Shown: positions 1-12,357 of the stretch, one piece after another
Position numbering within the stretch: position 1 is the stretch's first letter
How the letters are laid out: each line of letters opens with the position of its first letter
Source: Amoebophrya sp. A120
Taxonomy: Eukaryota; Protista; Dinoflagellata
Length of the DNA: 64,000 nucleotides
Assembly: GCA_905178155.1 (NCBI GenBank)
Contig: CAJINV010000001.1
Location: 10,383,432-10,447,431, forward strand
Direction: 5' to 3'
Made by a program: the position numbers and the translations under genes
The notes under the pieces: model-generated
What the model was told of the DNA's origin: nothing
The model's input: only the letters and a program-made list of their open reading frames with translations
Database searches by the model: none

Positions 1-3000
1 TGTTGGAGACGTTGATGGCAGCTCCGCTCCACAGCTTGAGCAGGCTACCTTGTTCCCCAATCTGGCGAACCAACACGATGAGGGAGTTGCACCGTGTTCG
101 ACCTACGCTCTTGCGCCAGAAATAGAAGACGATGCGCCGTCGTCTAACAGTTCTTCGTCGAGTGCTGGCAGCTGCGACAGCTCGGCGCCAGCGGAACCCC
201 CGGAGCATCATATCGTGGATGACCCGGATACTGAATACGACAGCGGGCATGAGATGCGCCTGCACGGCGAAAGAGAGCTCGTGGAGTCGATCCTGAGGGA
301 TGAGGATCATGATCTGAGAATACAAGAGCTAGAATCAGCCCACGAATTGGAATTGCAGATGAAAACAGGTACCACGAACAGTATCGCGCTTGACAAGCCC
401 GGAACGAAAAGCAGCTTGATGTCCCATGAGGACCACGGGGAGATTGCGGACGTTGACCTGGTACTATCAAAAGATACGACAAAGAAAATCAAAATTTATT
501 TTTCCATGCTGGCGATTCTCCTTTGTTTTTCTAAATTTGCTTCTCTCACTCTTCAGACAGTCATGAGTAACGTTCATTCTGTCACGGGACTATTCCTTAC
601 AGGAGCGAGCTGCAAACCGTCTCGGGCAAGAGCAGCAGCTCGAGAAGCGTTTCCAGGCTCTGCGCGCCAGCGATCGGGAGCCATTCGACTTCTCGGATTC
701 TTCTGGAACCACGTTGCGATCGGAGCTGAAAGATTACTCATCCACGTTTGGCGCAAACCGCACGGTGCGGCTTCCCGGAATCGAAGAGCTGACTCCAATG
801 ACCGTCGAGCTTCACCACGGCAACAGCGGCCGAGGAGTTGCAGAATCTAGTGTCGTGCGAGTGGGGTTGCCTTCCTCTCGCGTGCATTCTCAACAGGAAG
901 CGCATCAACATCTTGAAATCCATTTGGCCGACCACCAAAACATGACTCGAGGAATGAAAAATGTACCAAGCTGCAACGTCGTGGATAGAAAGTCTGTCAA
1001 CAGTTGTGAACATCCACCGGCGGGAACCTCTTCGCGAGCGGTTTCATCATCAGTAACGACGTTGAGTAAGGCTTCGGACGCGGTGGTAGCGGAAGTCATA
1101 CCGCCTCATGATCGAACCGCGACGACGGAAAGCCAAAGCCAGCATGTTCAAACTTTGTCCGCTTTCATGGAATCTGCTGACTTCAGACGCCACGCCGGGG
1201 CGACGCCGCACCACTCCACAACTGCTGCACTGGAAGTACAGCAGGAGCAGGTACTACACCAGTATAATTCCGGGCTGCAACCACGACCAGCGCTCCCGGA
1301 GCATTCCGCCGGAGGCGCAGACGAAAGAATCCGGAGTCAGGTGCCGGTTCCTGAAAACACTCCACAAATGCAGCCATCCGACCTAGATCCGAGTTCGGAG
1401 TCGAAGGGGAACAACCGACATCATGATCACGAACAGCAGCAAGGACACGTAGTGCGACGCACAACAAGCACAACTGCTGTTCCCCACTCGCATCAATCAC
1501 GCTTGAAAGTGCCGTACCCAGAGCAGCTGCAGCACCAGGGTCCGCTGTTCGGCGATGAATTGAGCCCCATCGGATCGAGCGGCATGAACCAACGCACCAC
1601 GACACTGTTGGAGGAGCAGGATGATTGGAGCCATCAGTTCAGCGGCCGAGGAGGGGGCGGGGGAGACAAGGGGAAACAGAAGCTGTTTGTCTCGGAGCAG
1701 GGCGAGCGCGGGATAATGTCGACCAAAAACTCCCGCCTCTACGATCAGGAACGCGAGGAGGCACTGCGGGTCCGGGAGGAAACTGTATTGGCCAGGGAAG
1801 AGCAGGTACATAAGTGTTGAATCCGTGGTCGTTATCGTCGAAATGAATGCAGCGTGTCAATTTGTTTTGAATTTGAAACTCCATCTCCATGGAAGTGAAA
1901 AAAAATCGTGTGCTCAGGTTCGCGACTGGGAACAGCGTTTGTCAGACGTGCAGACGCAGTTGAAGCAGGAGCGCATTCATCTGGACCAGTACCGACAAGC
2001 CATAGGATGTGAACAGCAGGCGCTACTGAATTCCAAACAGGAGCTCGCGCTCGAGATTCAATACGTCGAAGACTACCGCGCGGAGCTGGAGAAGCTTCGC
2101 ACGGATCTCGTCGCGCGCGAAGAAAAGTTTGCTAGCAAACGCCAGAAACAACAGCGGCTCGCTGGCTACGAGGCTCGCGGGCACGCACACACCGTTGCGG
2201 CGTATTCGAACTCGTCGGGAGTCAAGCGCAATTTGTCTGCAGCCAGCTCATGCACACCCGCCGGTAAGAGCGCGCAACAAGGCGGCAAGAAAGCTTTAAG
2301 TAGTTCTTCAATGAAGGACCAGAAACCTGGTGTCAACTACTCCCAGCATCAAGATAGCATCACTGTACCAACAGGGGAAAAGCAGGTAAAAACGTGTGTC
2401 TTTACTTTGAGGTAATTCTAATTTCATGTTCACAAACAACAGAAGAGAAACCTGCCAACAGATCGCGTCACAGCTCGAGCGACAAATTTGCGTTTATGTG
2501 ATTTCTGTACTAGTACTAGGTCCTGAAATTTTTGGTGCAAGTGCGACTACCGTCGAAAGAAATTCTTTCGCATACCTTCACAGGGGAAGTTCAGCTTGGT
2601 TGCGACTTCAGATTTGGAACGGCTGGATGGGCGTATCCGGAGGTTTGCCCGCATGCTCCGGTTATCAGATGTAAAAATGTCTGGGTCTGGAAAGCTGGAA
2701 CTTGTGATGCTAACTTTGGACTCTAGAAAAATCTGTATTGCATGACCAGCAAGAGGAGTCCAGTTTCTGCTACGCAGGGAGGCCATTTGTCATGCGGAAT
2801 AGGCATCAAGAAGCACTCGGAAAATCTGTGATGCCAGGGAATACATCACAGACGTCACGGGCCATGTAAAATCTACATGACAAGTTCGGATCCTTCCAGA
2901 CCCCGACATTTTTGCATTTGATACCGGTGGGATTGCGAGTCGAAGGTGCGGAACCTGGAGGATGAGAATACGAGGCTGCAAAACGAAAATCAGATTCTCA

Positions 3001-5032
3001 TGGACGAGTTGCGCCGCAGTTGCGTCACCACCAAGAGCAGTCTGTACAAGTCCAGCAACTCGCAACTTTCTGCTGCAGTACAACATCAAAACCAGAACGC
3101 GATGAACCATGCTGTTCCGCGTCCACAGATGATCGTTTCTGCAGATCAAAGAAGACCACAGGTCGCAGATGAGCACGGAGCCACTACATGTGCAAATGAT
3201 GGCGCAACTGCTGCTGCAAGAACTACATCACGTACGGCTGCGCCTCCTGGTTCCGCGGTGATTTTTGCTGCCCACAGCACCGACGCGCACACCAACGTAC
3301 TCGAACAGAAGGCCACATCACTCAGTTGCTCTCCCGATTCTGCCCAATCCGTCAAGGAAAAAGTGCAGCACTGGGAAGCCCTAGTCGGCCGAGAGGCAAC
3401 TTCTCTGAACGTCGCTCCGGGTGGTTCGGTGGTGCATTCGCCGGTAGAATTAGAAACCCAATCTAGTCAACCGCGGCTACACGACCAGATGCTGCAGCAG
3501 CGGGAGGTCGCTCCGAAGATGCAGCAGCTGTATCATGCCGAGAAGGACGATTATCAGCAGGACAACTTGTCCAGTTTCTCTTCGGGAAAATTCAATCAGG
3601 ACTTGCAGGACCGAAACTCTTCGACAAGATCCAGGGTCGCCTACAACGACAGGATGATCTCGTCGGGTTGCTCGGAGCGTGCGTCAGGCAACCGTAATCA
3701 GCACTCCGCTGCCGACGTGCCGATGTCCACGACAAGCAACGGTTCCCCACTTCAACCGATCTACTCGGCAAAGCCGGAAACGAGGACTGCGAGCAGTGGT
3801 ACTTGCAAAGATGAAGCGGTCGCCCATCATGCTCCTGATGCCGACGGCGTATCAAGCAACACTTTAGTTCTTCAGCAGGCGGCCACCGAGAACAACAATT
3901 CACGAACATCAAGTTTCTCGCGTTCGCAGATGTCTCTGGTGCGACAGCACTCGAAAAGTGCTAATAAAGAGCTCTCTGTCCACCTCGCTGAACAAGAAAA
4001 AAAGCCGGGATCAAGTAGACCGGCGAGTTCAACTACGCTGCCTTTACAAAGGGTGTCTAGCACATCAAACTCCTCTACCTCGACGTCGCATTCGGATGCG
4101 TTACATGACCTTCCCTACCCGTCCAACAGTCTTCAGGACAACACGTTGTATGTAGTGAGGTCACGAACGTTCTATCCTAGCGGTTTTTTTGACATGCATC
4201 ACGCAAAACGACCGGCAGTTTTCAAGCGGCCGGAAGTGTTTTTAACAAAAAAAGTTTTCAATTATCAAGCGGCCGGGGCGTTTGCGGCAAAATAGCCCGG
4301 GCGGATTCTATCGATTCCCGCTTGATAAAACGACGCAGGGGAGCCGGCAAAAGGGGCGCCCTTCTGAGGCGCCCACCGCCTTAGTTTCTGGCGATTTGCG
4401 GCGCCCAAAAATGGGCGCCCAAAAAGCAGCACTCCGAAAAAAACAGAGAATCCGCATGGTATGGGCCTCATTTTTCCCCACATTCGGGCCGCGCAAAAGA
4501 CGCCTTCAAAATCCGCCATTTCAGAGGCGGACTGAAGACCAGAAGATGCAGCATTTTGCCAAAAAAAAAACAAAAAAAACAAAGTCCGCCAAAAGCAAAA
4601 AGCCAATCCGCATGCTATGGGCCCGATTTGGGGCTCCCAAGGGGCCGACCCTGGCGTGGGCCCTGGCGGGGCCATAGCATGCGGGGACGGTTCTTCGATT
4701 CGAAACCAAATGGGGGCCGCCTCTGGATTGAGATTTTTAGCGACCGCCGTGCCGTCGTGCATAACATTACTCACGATGGCATGGTGGGCAGAGAAGTTGC
4801 GTCCTTTTTTGGCGTGAAGACAAAAAGACCGCCATGACCTCACTACCTCCGCGGACGCGGCTATTATTGGTTTGATGTCAGCCGCCACAGCACCCTGCTC
4901 CTGGACGGCACGCGGATGCGCACGCAGCTAGACTGCCACCTGGAGGGGACGCCGAACGTCGCGCCGGACGGCCTGGCCGGAGACCAGGAGCGCCGGGACG
5001 CGGAGCCACCAAAACAGCGACCGCCGCCGTAG
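1..5032 (+). CDS. Large low-complexity/coiled-coil hypothetical protein, multi-exon, 5' end probably outside the window
   Basis: ORFs 50-850, 714-1820, 1825-2415 and 2946-4295 join in frame through GT-AG introns 461-602, 1806-1917 and 2386-2583, then the MITE-intron ~2661-2926. A last exon ends at TAG 5030-5032 after intron 4148-4881 (or -4890). No recognisable domain. Confidence 0.65.
2663..2923 (-). mobile_element. MITE-like introner, subfamily 1 copy 1 (261 bp), 5 bp TSD CCGGT
   Basis: Left end TATCAGATGTAAAAATGTCTGGGTCTGGAA, right end TTCCAGACCCCGACATTTTTGCATTTGATA. CCGGT at 2658-2662 and 2924-2928. Homologous to 38721-38976 and 43799-44075, apparently in the opposite orientation. Confidence 0.93.
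4155..4843. mobile_element. Non-autonomous inverted-repeat element (~690 bp) flanked by TA
   Basis: GTAGTGAGGTCA (4152-4163) is the reverse complement of TGACCTCACTAC (4835-4846). TA on both sides (4153-54, 4844-45). Internal repeats ATCCGCATG(G/C)TATGGGCC at ~4450 and ~4606, with an inverted copy at ~4670. Composition changes abruptly relative to the flanking exon. Confidence 0.6.
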
Positions 5033-5695
5033 TTGTTCATGTGAAGACATTTTGCAATGGGTAGCCTCTACTTTTTCTTTTCAGTACTTTATGTATCGCA
5101 ACGATAGAATTAGAAGAAGATATCCTATGCTTTACTGATGCATGTACGCTTTAGTACTGGAGTACAAGTCTATTCCGTCCCAGCCTCGGTTTTATTCGAA
5201 CAAAGAATAGTACCTCAAGAATGTTGCTTCAACAGGAGCTCGCTGTAGCTTATCAAAAAGTCAATGCCAAGCATTATTTTTCAACATCTAGCTATGTGTA
5301 CGTACAGGTACACCTACCATGATAGATATGGTTTCCCCATGTTGAAATACATAGTTTCGCTGTAACATGTACATGCAATCAACAAATGATAATTTCACAC
5401 GTAAATAAGCATGTCTTGCTGTTTTGTTACAGTACCGATACGCACGATGACTCATACGGATAGCCAAGTTTCTGGACCACTTACTAATTCAGTTTCAGAC
5501 AAATTTTACGGGACTGCTCATGCGTATTCTATTCTGCATAGCAGAACAAAATTTTGCACCTGCACAGAACGTCTGTTACGTAAAGTAACCTAAGCTGGCG
5601 CAGCGCTTGGGTTTGCTTTGGCATCGCATATGTTGACAGAAACAGAATGTCGCAACAGCAGGACAGATTCTGCTTCGAAAAAAAAATAAAAAAGT

Positions 5696-6608
5696 ATGTT
5701 GCGGTATTACATCTGTGAAAGCAGCTACATCCAAGGTGATGCTCACGCGACAGGCCGCACGAATATGTCGAAAGCGTTCGACATCAACAGCATTGTACCC
5801 ACAGAGTTGATCATCAAAGATGTCTATCGCAAACACGCCCCAAAGCCGATCATTATCCTTGTTGAGGTGATCCTTCGAAACTGTCTTGGCTTACCAGATC
5901 GATCGCAGGGCCACCAGGTCACTCGTGTACAACAAGTTGAGTAGGAACGAGCTACATTCATACAAGACTCCCAAGAACACCATGCCGGTCAACCCTTCGC
6001 TTCGAGGCATCGCCCTGATGAAAGAAGAGGAGGCTTCCGTTGTGGAGTATTTCAAGACGACGTTTGTCAAGCGGAAGTTTCACAACCTGGAGGAATTTCT
6101 CGACCCGGGATATGTCGCGCACGTGCCTGCTGGTGCATCAAGTACGACGACTTCGAACGCCGGAGGAGGTTCACCTCCTGGGACCATAAGCAAGTTCAAC
6201 GAGTTGACCGGGATCGCACCGGGGGAGACGCTGTTCAACTTACTCACCAAAGCGACAGAGAAATTCGTAGTGGAAGAACAGGCTAGCGGCCATGATTCAA
6301 CCTCAGCTTCGGAAGTCGTGACCACAGTCACCGACGTGGTGTTCTTTCCGTTGTGCGACGAAACGGATGTGAAGATCGTCAGTGAATCAGATACCTGGAG
6401 GAAAAAGGTCGACCAGTTCAACGCAGTGCATGCGAAATTTACGGGCAAGCCAGAACCCGACCCGTGGGACGCTCTTGACGTGAAGGACTGGCTTTGTAAA
6501 TCCCGCGTGCGGCTCAGCAACGGGGACGTGCATAGCAAATTGTGGCTCTTTTCTCCCATCTCCGGACGCATGATGGCCAGTTGGCCGGCGACGATTGATG
6601 AGTCTTAA
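5696..6608 (+). CDS. Hypothetical protein, two exons
   Basis: ORFs 5696-5944 and 5886-6608 join in frame through a 31 nt GT-AG intron at 5867-5897 (PIIILVE|IDRRATR). Confidence 0.6.
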
Positions 6609-7237
6609 GGCTAACGCTGCAAAGTAGATGCGTAAAGTTTTGTCTTGACCTTCATCATCTGCCGCAGAGACTAGCATGCTGCTGGCCACCATGATGTAGT
6701 ACCAGGATGAGCTTCAAAGGTCTGGCCCTGGTAGTTCTTTTTTCTGATACACCTACCTTCGTGAAGATGAACGATGTCGTAATACTAGACAAAGGATCAC
6801 TCTTCACTACGTCGAAGATCCTGACACAAAAAGAGATACTATGGCCGCAATCACGATCACGGAGCAGTGCGGTTTTGCCTCTGGCCTGTTCCAGTGGCTT
6901 TGGTAGATCTGGCTCTTAAGAAGTCGCAGGAAAGCAATACATAGATCAAGAAAGTTCCGTTCACATCTTCTGCTAAAAAAGGTAAAGATCTGCTCGCAAT
7001 AAAAACAATGATCATCTTTACTGATAGTGATAAATTCATAAAATTTGTTCTCAACCCATGATCTTGCATGTCTCTGTCTCTTATATAACATGCAGGCTAA
7101 CGAGTAGAGATTTTTGTCTTTGATGTAGCACGACAGACGTACGAACTTGTGAACATTGAACAAACTAAGAGCAACACTCTAAGTCGTCGAAAGAAGGACA
7201 TTGCAGCAGTACAACGATAACGAATACGAACAACAAG

Positions 7238-8224
7238 ATGGTGAAGAAAGGAGCTCTGAAAAAGAAAAACCGCGGCAAAATCGCGAAGGATGTGAAAAAA
7301 TTGAGCAAGAACAAGAAGAAAACTAGGGCTGCATCGGATGATGATGTTGCGCAGGACGAGGGAGAGCATACAGATGCAACTGCAAGTAAAACCACAGGAG
7401 AAACAACAAGCACACCGAGTTGTACTACCTCACGACCACAGCCGACTTCTGGGCGGACCCCATCATCGTCCACCTCTGCGAAACCCTCGACCAAAGGGCA
7501 AAAACTTAAACTATACGAAGTGGGCGACTTGATCCTGGTTGTGGGCGACGGCGACCTCAGTTTTTCGACGTCCCTACTGAAAAAATTCGGAGCTGGGAAC
7601 GTTTTCCTCCAACCTACCGTGTACGACTCGCGGAAGGAACTGACGAAAAAGTACCCGGACACTGTGCCCAACTTGTTGAAGCAGCTTTCGTCTAATTTTA
7701 AAGCGGTTCCCCGGTACAACGTCGATGCCCGGGCCCTGCTGGAAACGGGAGACAAGAAGTGGGAGGAGTTTTTCACGAAAATCGTCTTCAACTTCCCGCA
7801 CTGTGGCGAGGAAGCTGTTGAGAAGACGCTGGCGGAGCAGGACGCTAGTACAACCGCACAGCCCGCAGCTGGTGGTTGTAAAAACAGTATTGAGCAGCAC
7901 CAGGAGCTGCTACTTGACTTTCTCAAGTCGGCCGCTAAGTGCTTGGACCAAAACGGCGAGATCCACATAGCGGTGAAGCGCGGAGAGCCGTACAAGCACT
8001 GGAAGGTCGCGAGCCTGGGCAAAGTGGCGAATTTGCGGCTTGACCGCCAAGTGCCGTTTGTGCCGTTGCAAGGGTACCACCACCGGCGAACAAACGGCTT
8101 GCAGTACGAAAAGGGACGAGGGTTCAACAGTGAGAACATTCAAAACAACGCGCAAGTGTACGTATTTCAAAAGCGACAGGGAGAGGCAGGAGCTGAAAGT
8201 GCAGGCCTGCATGAGGACGTGTAG
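7238..8224 (+). CDS. BMT5: 25S rRNA (uridine-N3)-methyltransferase, BMT5/DUF2431 family
   Basis: Motifs ILVVGDGDLSFS, VDAR, IVFNFPHCG, LLLDFLKSA, GEIHI...PYKHW and GYHHRRT. Basic N-terminus. Confidence 0.88.
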   Translation: MVKKGALKKKNRGKIAKDVKKLSKNKKKTRAASDDDVAQDEGEHTDATASKTTGETTSTPSCTTSRPQPTSGRTPSSSTSAKPSTKGQKLKLYEVGDLILVVGDGDLSFSTSLLKKFGAGNVFLQPTVYDSRKELTKKYPDTVPNLLKQLSSNFKAVPRYNVDARALLETGDKKWEEFFTKIVFNFPHCGEEAVEKTLAEQDASTTAQPAAGGCKNSIEQHQELLLDFLKSAAKCLDQNGEIHIAVKRGEPYKHWKVASLGKVANLRLDRQVPFVPLQGYHHRRTNGLQYEKGRGFNSENIQNNAQVYVFQKRQGEAGAESAGLHEDV

Positions 8225-8788
8225 ACCTCCAGCTATTCTCGGAATGATGATTGAGCAGAACCTCTAGTAGAAGTAACGAAAAAAAAGAAAGCGACAGAAC
8301 GGAAAATTGCAAAACACATGGATGGTTTTTGATGCTTCAGCAAGCTTTCCCCAAGCGCCAGTGTAGCTGTTCATTTTTGCAATGTCGTCTCTGTCTCTGT
8401 GTGGTTTTCGTGATGGGTGCCCCATAGTGCATTTCGCTTGATGGCGCAGCCTCCTTTTTCCTTTTGCTTTTGTCTTTTGTTTCTCTGTCGCTGCTGTAGT
8501 GCTGCTGAAGATGATTGAAGGATCCTACACGACTGGCGAAGTAGTAGATGAAGATCTTGATTGATATCCAGTGATGCATTATGAACATCGTGCTCTTGTA
8601 TTTGACATTGACTTTGATCCACCCAACACACGCAAGGAGTTCAATACACCCTCCACCTAATTGATTCCAGCCAGTTGGTGGACAGCTCTCAATTCGTCAG
8701 AAGATCAAGAAGCTGAGTTTTCGATTTTTGTTTGTGTCAGTAGACGTAGAGCAAGGCAATAAACTAGGCACACTCAGCAGGAAGAACG

Positions 8789-9697
8789 ATGGGCGGCCTT
8801 TATGCCACAACTTCCTCCCCGTGCTTCACCACGCGAGGTCATTCTGGGCACGACCTATCCTTGGCGATCGCAAAAATCATTCGAATCGGGGTACTTCTAG
8901 CTTCTTGCGCCGCAATCTTCAATCCCGCTGGTTCATTAACAGCCGTGGTCGCGATTTCGACCAGGAGCACGAATGATCCGTCTTTGTTTCGCGGAAGTTC
9001 GTCGCCACCAGCTGGCCAACGAGGAACCAGGAAGAAGTCGAAACCGAATTCGGGCTCAATGCACGATGACGAGCCGGAGAGAACCGGAGTCCGTATCGAA
9101 GAGCCGACGATACCCGCCAGATTCGGATTTTCCCGCACGGTGAAACGAAACCTGCTCGCCCTCGGCGGCACCGTGGCGGCAACGGCTACGGCCACGGGAA
9201 TCGGGCTTTCGCTGAAGCTTGCTGGATCGGAGGATGGGAACAATCGTGCGGGCATGCCCGCGGCTCCGAGACACGTGGCATCGACCCAGCGGAAAGCAGC
9301 TCTTTTGAAAATGCCAAAAGGGGGCTGGTTTCCGAGAGATATGCCGTCGATCATGGCCTCTTGGTTTGCGAAGAAATCTTCACCTGATCGCGGCTACGGG
9401 CAACGGAACAGGTTGGCAAGGATGAACGCAATGGATCTAGAAGTAGAAGGGCGTGACTCCAATGTGAGTGCCTCTTTGCTTGCAGAGGAACAAGGTATCG
9501 TCGAGAGTGAAGCTGCGTTGTCCTTGTGGCCCACGAACCTCGGCGTGCCCATACAGTTGGGCAGCAAGATTTGCAATTTGCGTGGAAGCCTGTGTCAAAA
9601 GCGACGCCGTGGTGGAGAAAATCAAACCGATACTGCCGAGGACCCAAGCGAATCTGCAGCTTTTGTGAACAGCAACAAGGAGAAAACTGGACTCTAA
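8789..9697 (+). CDS. Hypothetical membrane/secreted protein
   Basis: 302 aa ORF with two hydrophobic stretches (IIRIGVLLASCAAIF; LLALGGTVAATATATGIGLSL). Confidence 0.5.
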   Translation: MGGLYATTSSPCFTTRGHSGHDLSLAIAKIIRIGVLLASCAAIFNPAGSLTAVVAISTRSTNDPSLFRGSSSPPAGQRGTRKKSKPNSGSMHDDEPERTGVRIEEPTIPARFGFSRTVKRNLLALGGTVAATATATGIGLSLKLAGSEDGNNRAGMPAAPRHVASTQRKAALLKMPKGGWFPRDMPSIMASWFAKKSSPDRGYGQRNRLARMNAMDLEVEGRDSNVSASLLAEEQGIVESEAALSLWPTNLGVPIQLGSKICNLRGSLCQKRRRGGENQTDTAEDPSESAAFVNSNKEKTGL

Positions 9698-10362
9698 AGC
9701 GAAGTGATAGTTGATAGATCAAATTGCTCTTGATCTTGACTCAAATCCAAATGCAACTGCGAAATGCTATATGTGATGACGCCATCCCTTATTGTACTGA
9801 ATTTCATGAAATCGAAAGCTTTGCAGTTTGCAGTTGCACGGAAGGTTTTCCTGGAGAGCAGAAGCTGTTGCTCCCGTGCAAGTGATGATTTTCCACGTAG
9901 AGCCACAGCACGAACTAGGTGCTTCTAGATCAGAAAAATGATCTCGGAGTGCGGTATCGATACCGATGAGGATCCATAAGCGATGGTGCTAGAAAAAGTT
10001 CATGATCTTTTCCACAGAGTCAAAATGTCACAACGATCAGTGTAAAAAGTTGGATCCATGTTGCCGACGTCAGATTAAGACGAAGAAGATCTCCTTGTTC
10101 GTGCGATGAAATTGATGTTCCGTTCAAATGCCTCCCATTGATGCGTATGGAATCCCCTTCCCCACATATTTGAATTGAAGTCAACATGCTTTTCTGAATG
10201 TGCAGTTTCTAAACATGCGAAGAACTTGCTACTGTAGCCGTAAGTAACGACTTCGTACAAATCCTGCATGATGTTGCCTTCCATGTCTAGATGCTAGCGA
10301 CGACTTTTCAACCTTCGTTTTGCACATTATTTTCAACATCACCTCCTTAATCCCTACAAGAC

Positions 10363-12357
10363 ATGTCGTCCTTGACCGCACCAGCTGCAAAAATGAAAAA
10401 GAAAACCAAGAAATCTGCCTCGGCACCGAAAACCGCCGTTGAGCGGCCCGCGGTGGTGACGGCTGCGAATTTTTCGGAGCAGGACCCGCTTCCCCTGCGC
10501 AACGAAAAGCAGGTGAAGAAATCATTCTCTTCCGGAAACGGCAGTAAGCCGGATATCAAGCTTTCGCGGAAGTTGAAGCGCACCATCCGTGTTGAGTCCA
10601 AGGCGGAGACAGAATTGGAGAAGCGGGATGCGGTGTTGCGCCAGGAAAACGCGGGCGGGTTGATGGAGGCGGACCCGGAAGTCTTCGGGGAGAAGACGCT
10701 GAAGGTCCGACAGGACGAGATTCTCGATTCCGTGGACATCGGGACACAAGCCAAGGCCATCGATTTAGCGCTCCCTTTCGGCGACTACAGTGTGAGCTAC
10801 ACTCCGTCGGGCAGACACATGGTGCTCGCCGGGAGCAAGGGCCACGTGAGCTTGTTGGATACCCAGTCTCTGAGCACAGCTTGCGAGTTGAAGCTGAAGG
10901 AATCTGTCCGTTGCGCGCAATCCTTCCACAACGACAACTTGTTCGCGGTCTCGCAGAAGAAGTGCTGTTTCGTGTACGACCGGAACGGCATGGAGATCCA
11001 CAAGATGAAGGAGCACAGCCTGGTGCACCAAATGGAGTTCCTCCGCTACCACTTTCTGCTGGTCACCGGGTCCGAATTCGGCGACATCCGGTACCACGAC
11101 ATCGCCACGGGGCAGGGCGTCGCGCACCTGCGCACGAAAAAGGGCCCGGTGAAATGTCTCCGGCAGAACAAGCAAACCGCGGTGATGCACTGCGGCCAGG
11201 CGAACGGAGTGGTGTCGCTGTGGACGCCGACCATCAAGGAACCCTGCATGAAAATTCTCGCGCACAAGGGCCCGGTGGACCACCTGGACTTCTACCGCGA
11301 CCACTACATGGTCTCGTCCGGGGGCGACGGCCGCTGGAAGATCTTCGACCTGCGAAAGCCGGCGGAGCCGGTGCTGTCGCAGTCCTACTACGGGTGCCCG
11401 GTCACCAGCATAGACGTGTCCCAGACCGGATTACTCGCGTTTGGCATGAACAAGAAGGTGCAGGTGTTCGACTCCAAGATCTGGAATAGCGCGCCGGAAA
11501 TGCTGACGACAGCAGGTACGAACAAAGTACAACAGCCGATGAAGAAGCTGAACCAAGTGCAGCGTGCGAAACGCGCGGAACAGCAGGCGAATCTGCCGGC
11601 GCTGACCGCGACAAGGAGAGCGGCGGAGCCGTACATGCAGCAAACTTTTCCGGGGAAATTCGTCCAGTGCGTCCGCTTCCAGCCGTTCCAGGACGTCTTG
11701 TCCGTCGGGACGTCGGCCGGCTTATCGCAGCTGCTGGTCCCCGGCGCCGGCCACGCCTTCTTCGACAGCTACGGGGCGAACCCGTACGAAACCAAAACGC
11801 AGAAGCGCGAGCGCGAGGTGCACATGCTGCTGGACAAGGTACCGCACGACATGATCGTGTTCAACCCGGCATTTGACAGTCGTGGGACCAAACACCTCGT
11901 TGGCAACTTCAAAAAGCAAAACAACTCCACGGCTTCTAGTAGTGCCGCTGCGTCATCTACTTCCACTGCCGCTCCGAGTACCGGAACTACATCAGAAGAC
12001 AAGAAGAGCAAGAGCAACGATTGGCTTGGGTCGCATGAGTTGGACAATAGTGGCAAGATTGTCAATGTCAAAAGCACGACGGGCGAGGACGACTCAGACG
12101 TGGACTCTGAGGAGGAGTTCGAACAGACCGGAATCCGGTTGACCCGCGGCAAGAAAAAGATGCGCGGGAAGAACAAGATCGGAAAACGCCTGAAGAAAAA
12201 GGAAGTGGCAAAGGGCGAGGAGAAACGCGAAGGCACGCGCAAGGTCAAACGAAAGAAAGCTCCATCGGTGGCACTGGATCGAACTGTGGATGTCAAGTCG
12301 GATGGTGCGCTTGCAAGGTTCAAAAAGAAGAAGAGACGGATGGACGAACTGGAGTAA
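10363..12357 (+). CDS. UTP7: WD40 SSU processome protein Utp7/WDR46 (BING4)
   Basis: WD repeats (YTPSGRHMVLAGSKGH, MEFLRYHFLL, GVVSLWTP, AHKGPV) and the BING4 C-terminal motif LLVPGAG..FDSYGANPYETKTQKREREVHMLLDKVP. Confidence 0.95.
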   Translation: MSSLTAPAAKMKKKTKKSASAPKTAVERPAVVTAANFSEQDPLPLRNEKQVKKSFSSGNGSKPDIKLSRKLKRTIRVESKAETELEKRDAVLRQENAGGLMEADPEVFGEKTLKVRQDEILDSVDIGTQAKAIDLALPFGDYSVSYTPSGRHMVLAGSKGHVSLLDTQSLSTACELKLKESVRCAQSFHNDNLFAVSQKKCCFVYDRNGMEIHKMKEHSLVHQMEFLRYHFLLVTGSEFGDIRYHDIATGQGVAHLRTKKGPVKCLRQNKQTAVMHCGQANGVVSLWTPTIKEPCMKILAHKGPVDHLDFYRDHYMVSSGGDGRWKIFDLRKPAEPVLSQSYYGCPVTSIDVSQTGLLAFGMNKKVQVFDSKIWNSAPEMLTTAGTNKVQQPMKKLNQVQRAKRAEQQANLPALTATRRAAEPYMQQTFPGKFVQCVRFQPFQDVLSVGTSAGLSQLLVPGAGHAFFDSYGANPYETKTQKREREVHMLLDKVPHDMIVFNPAFDSRGTKHLVGNFKKQNNSTASSSAAASSTSTAAPSTGTTSEDKKSKSNDWLGSHELDNSGKIVNVKSTTGEDDSDVDSEEEFEQTGIRLTRGKKKMRGKNKIGKRLKKKEVAKGEEKREGTRKVKRKKAPSVALDRTVDVKSDGALARFKKKKRRMDELE

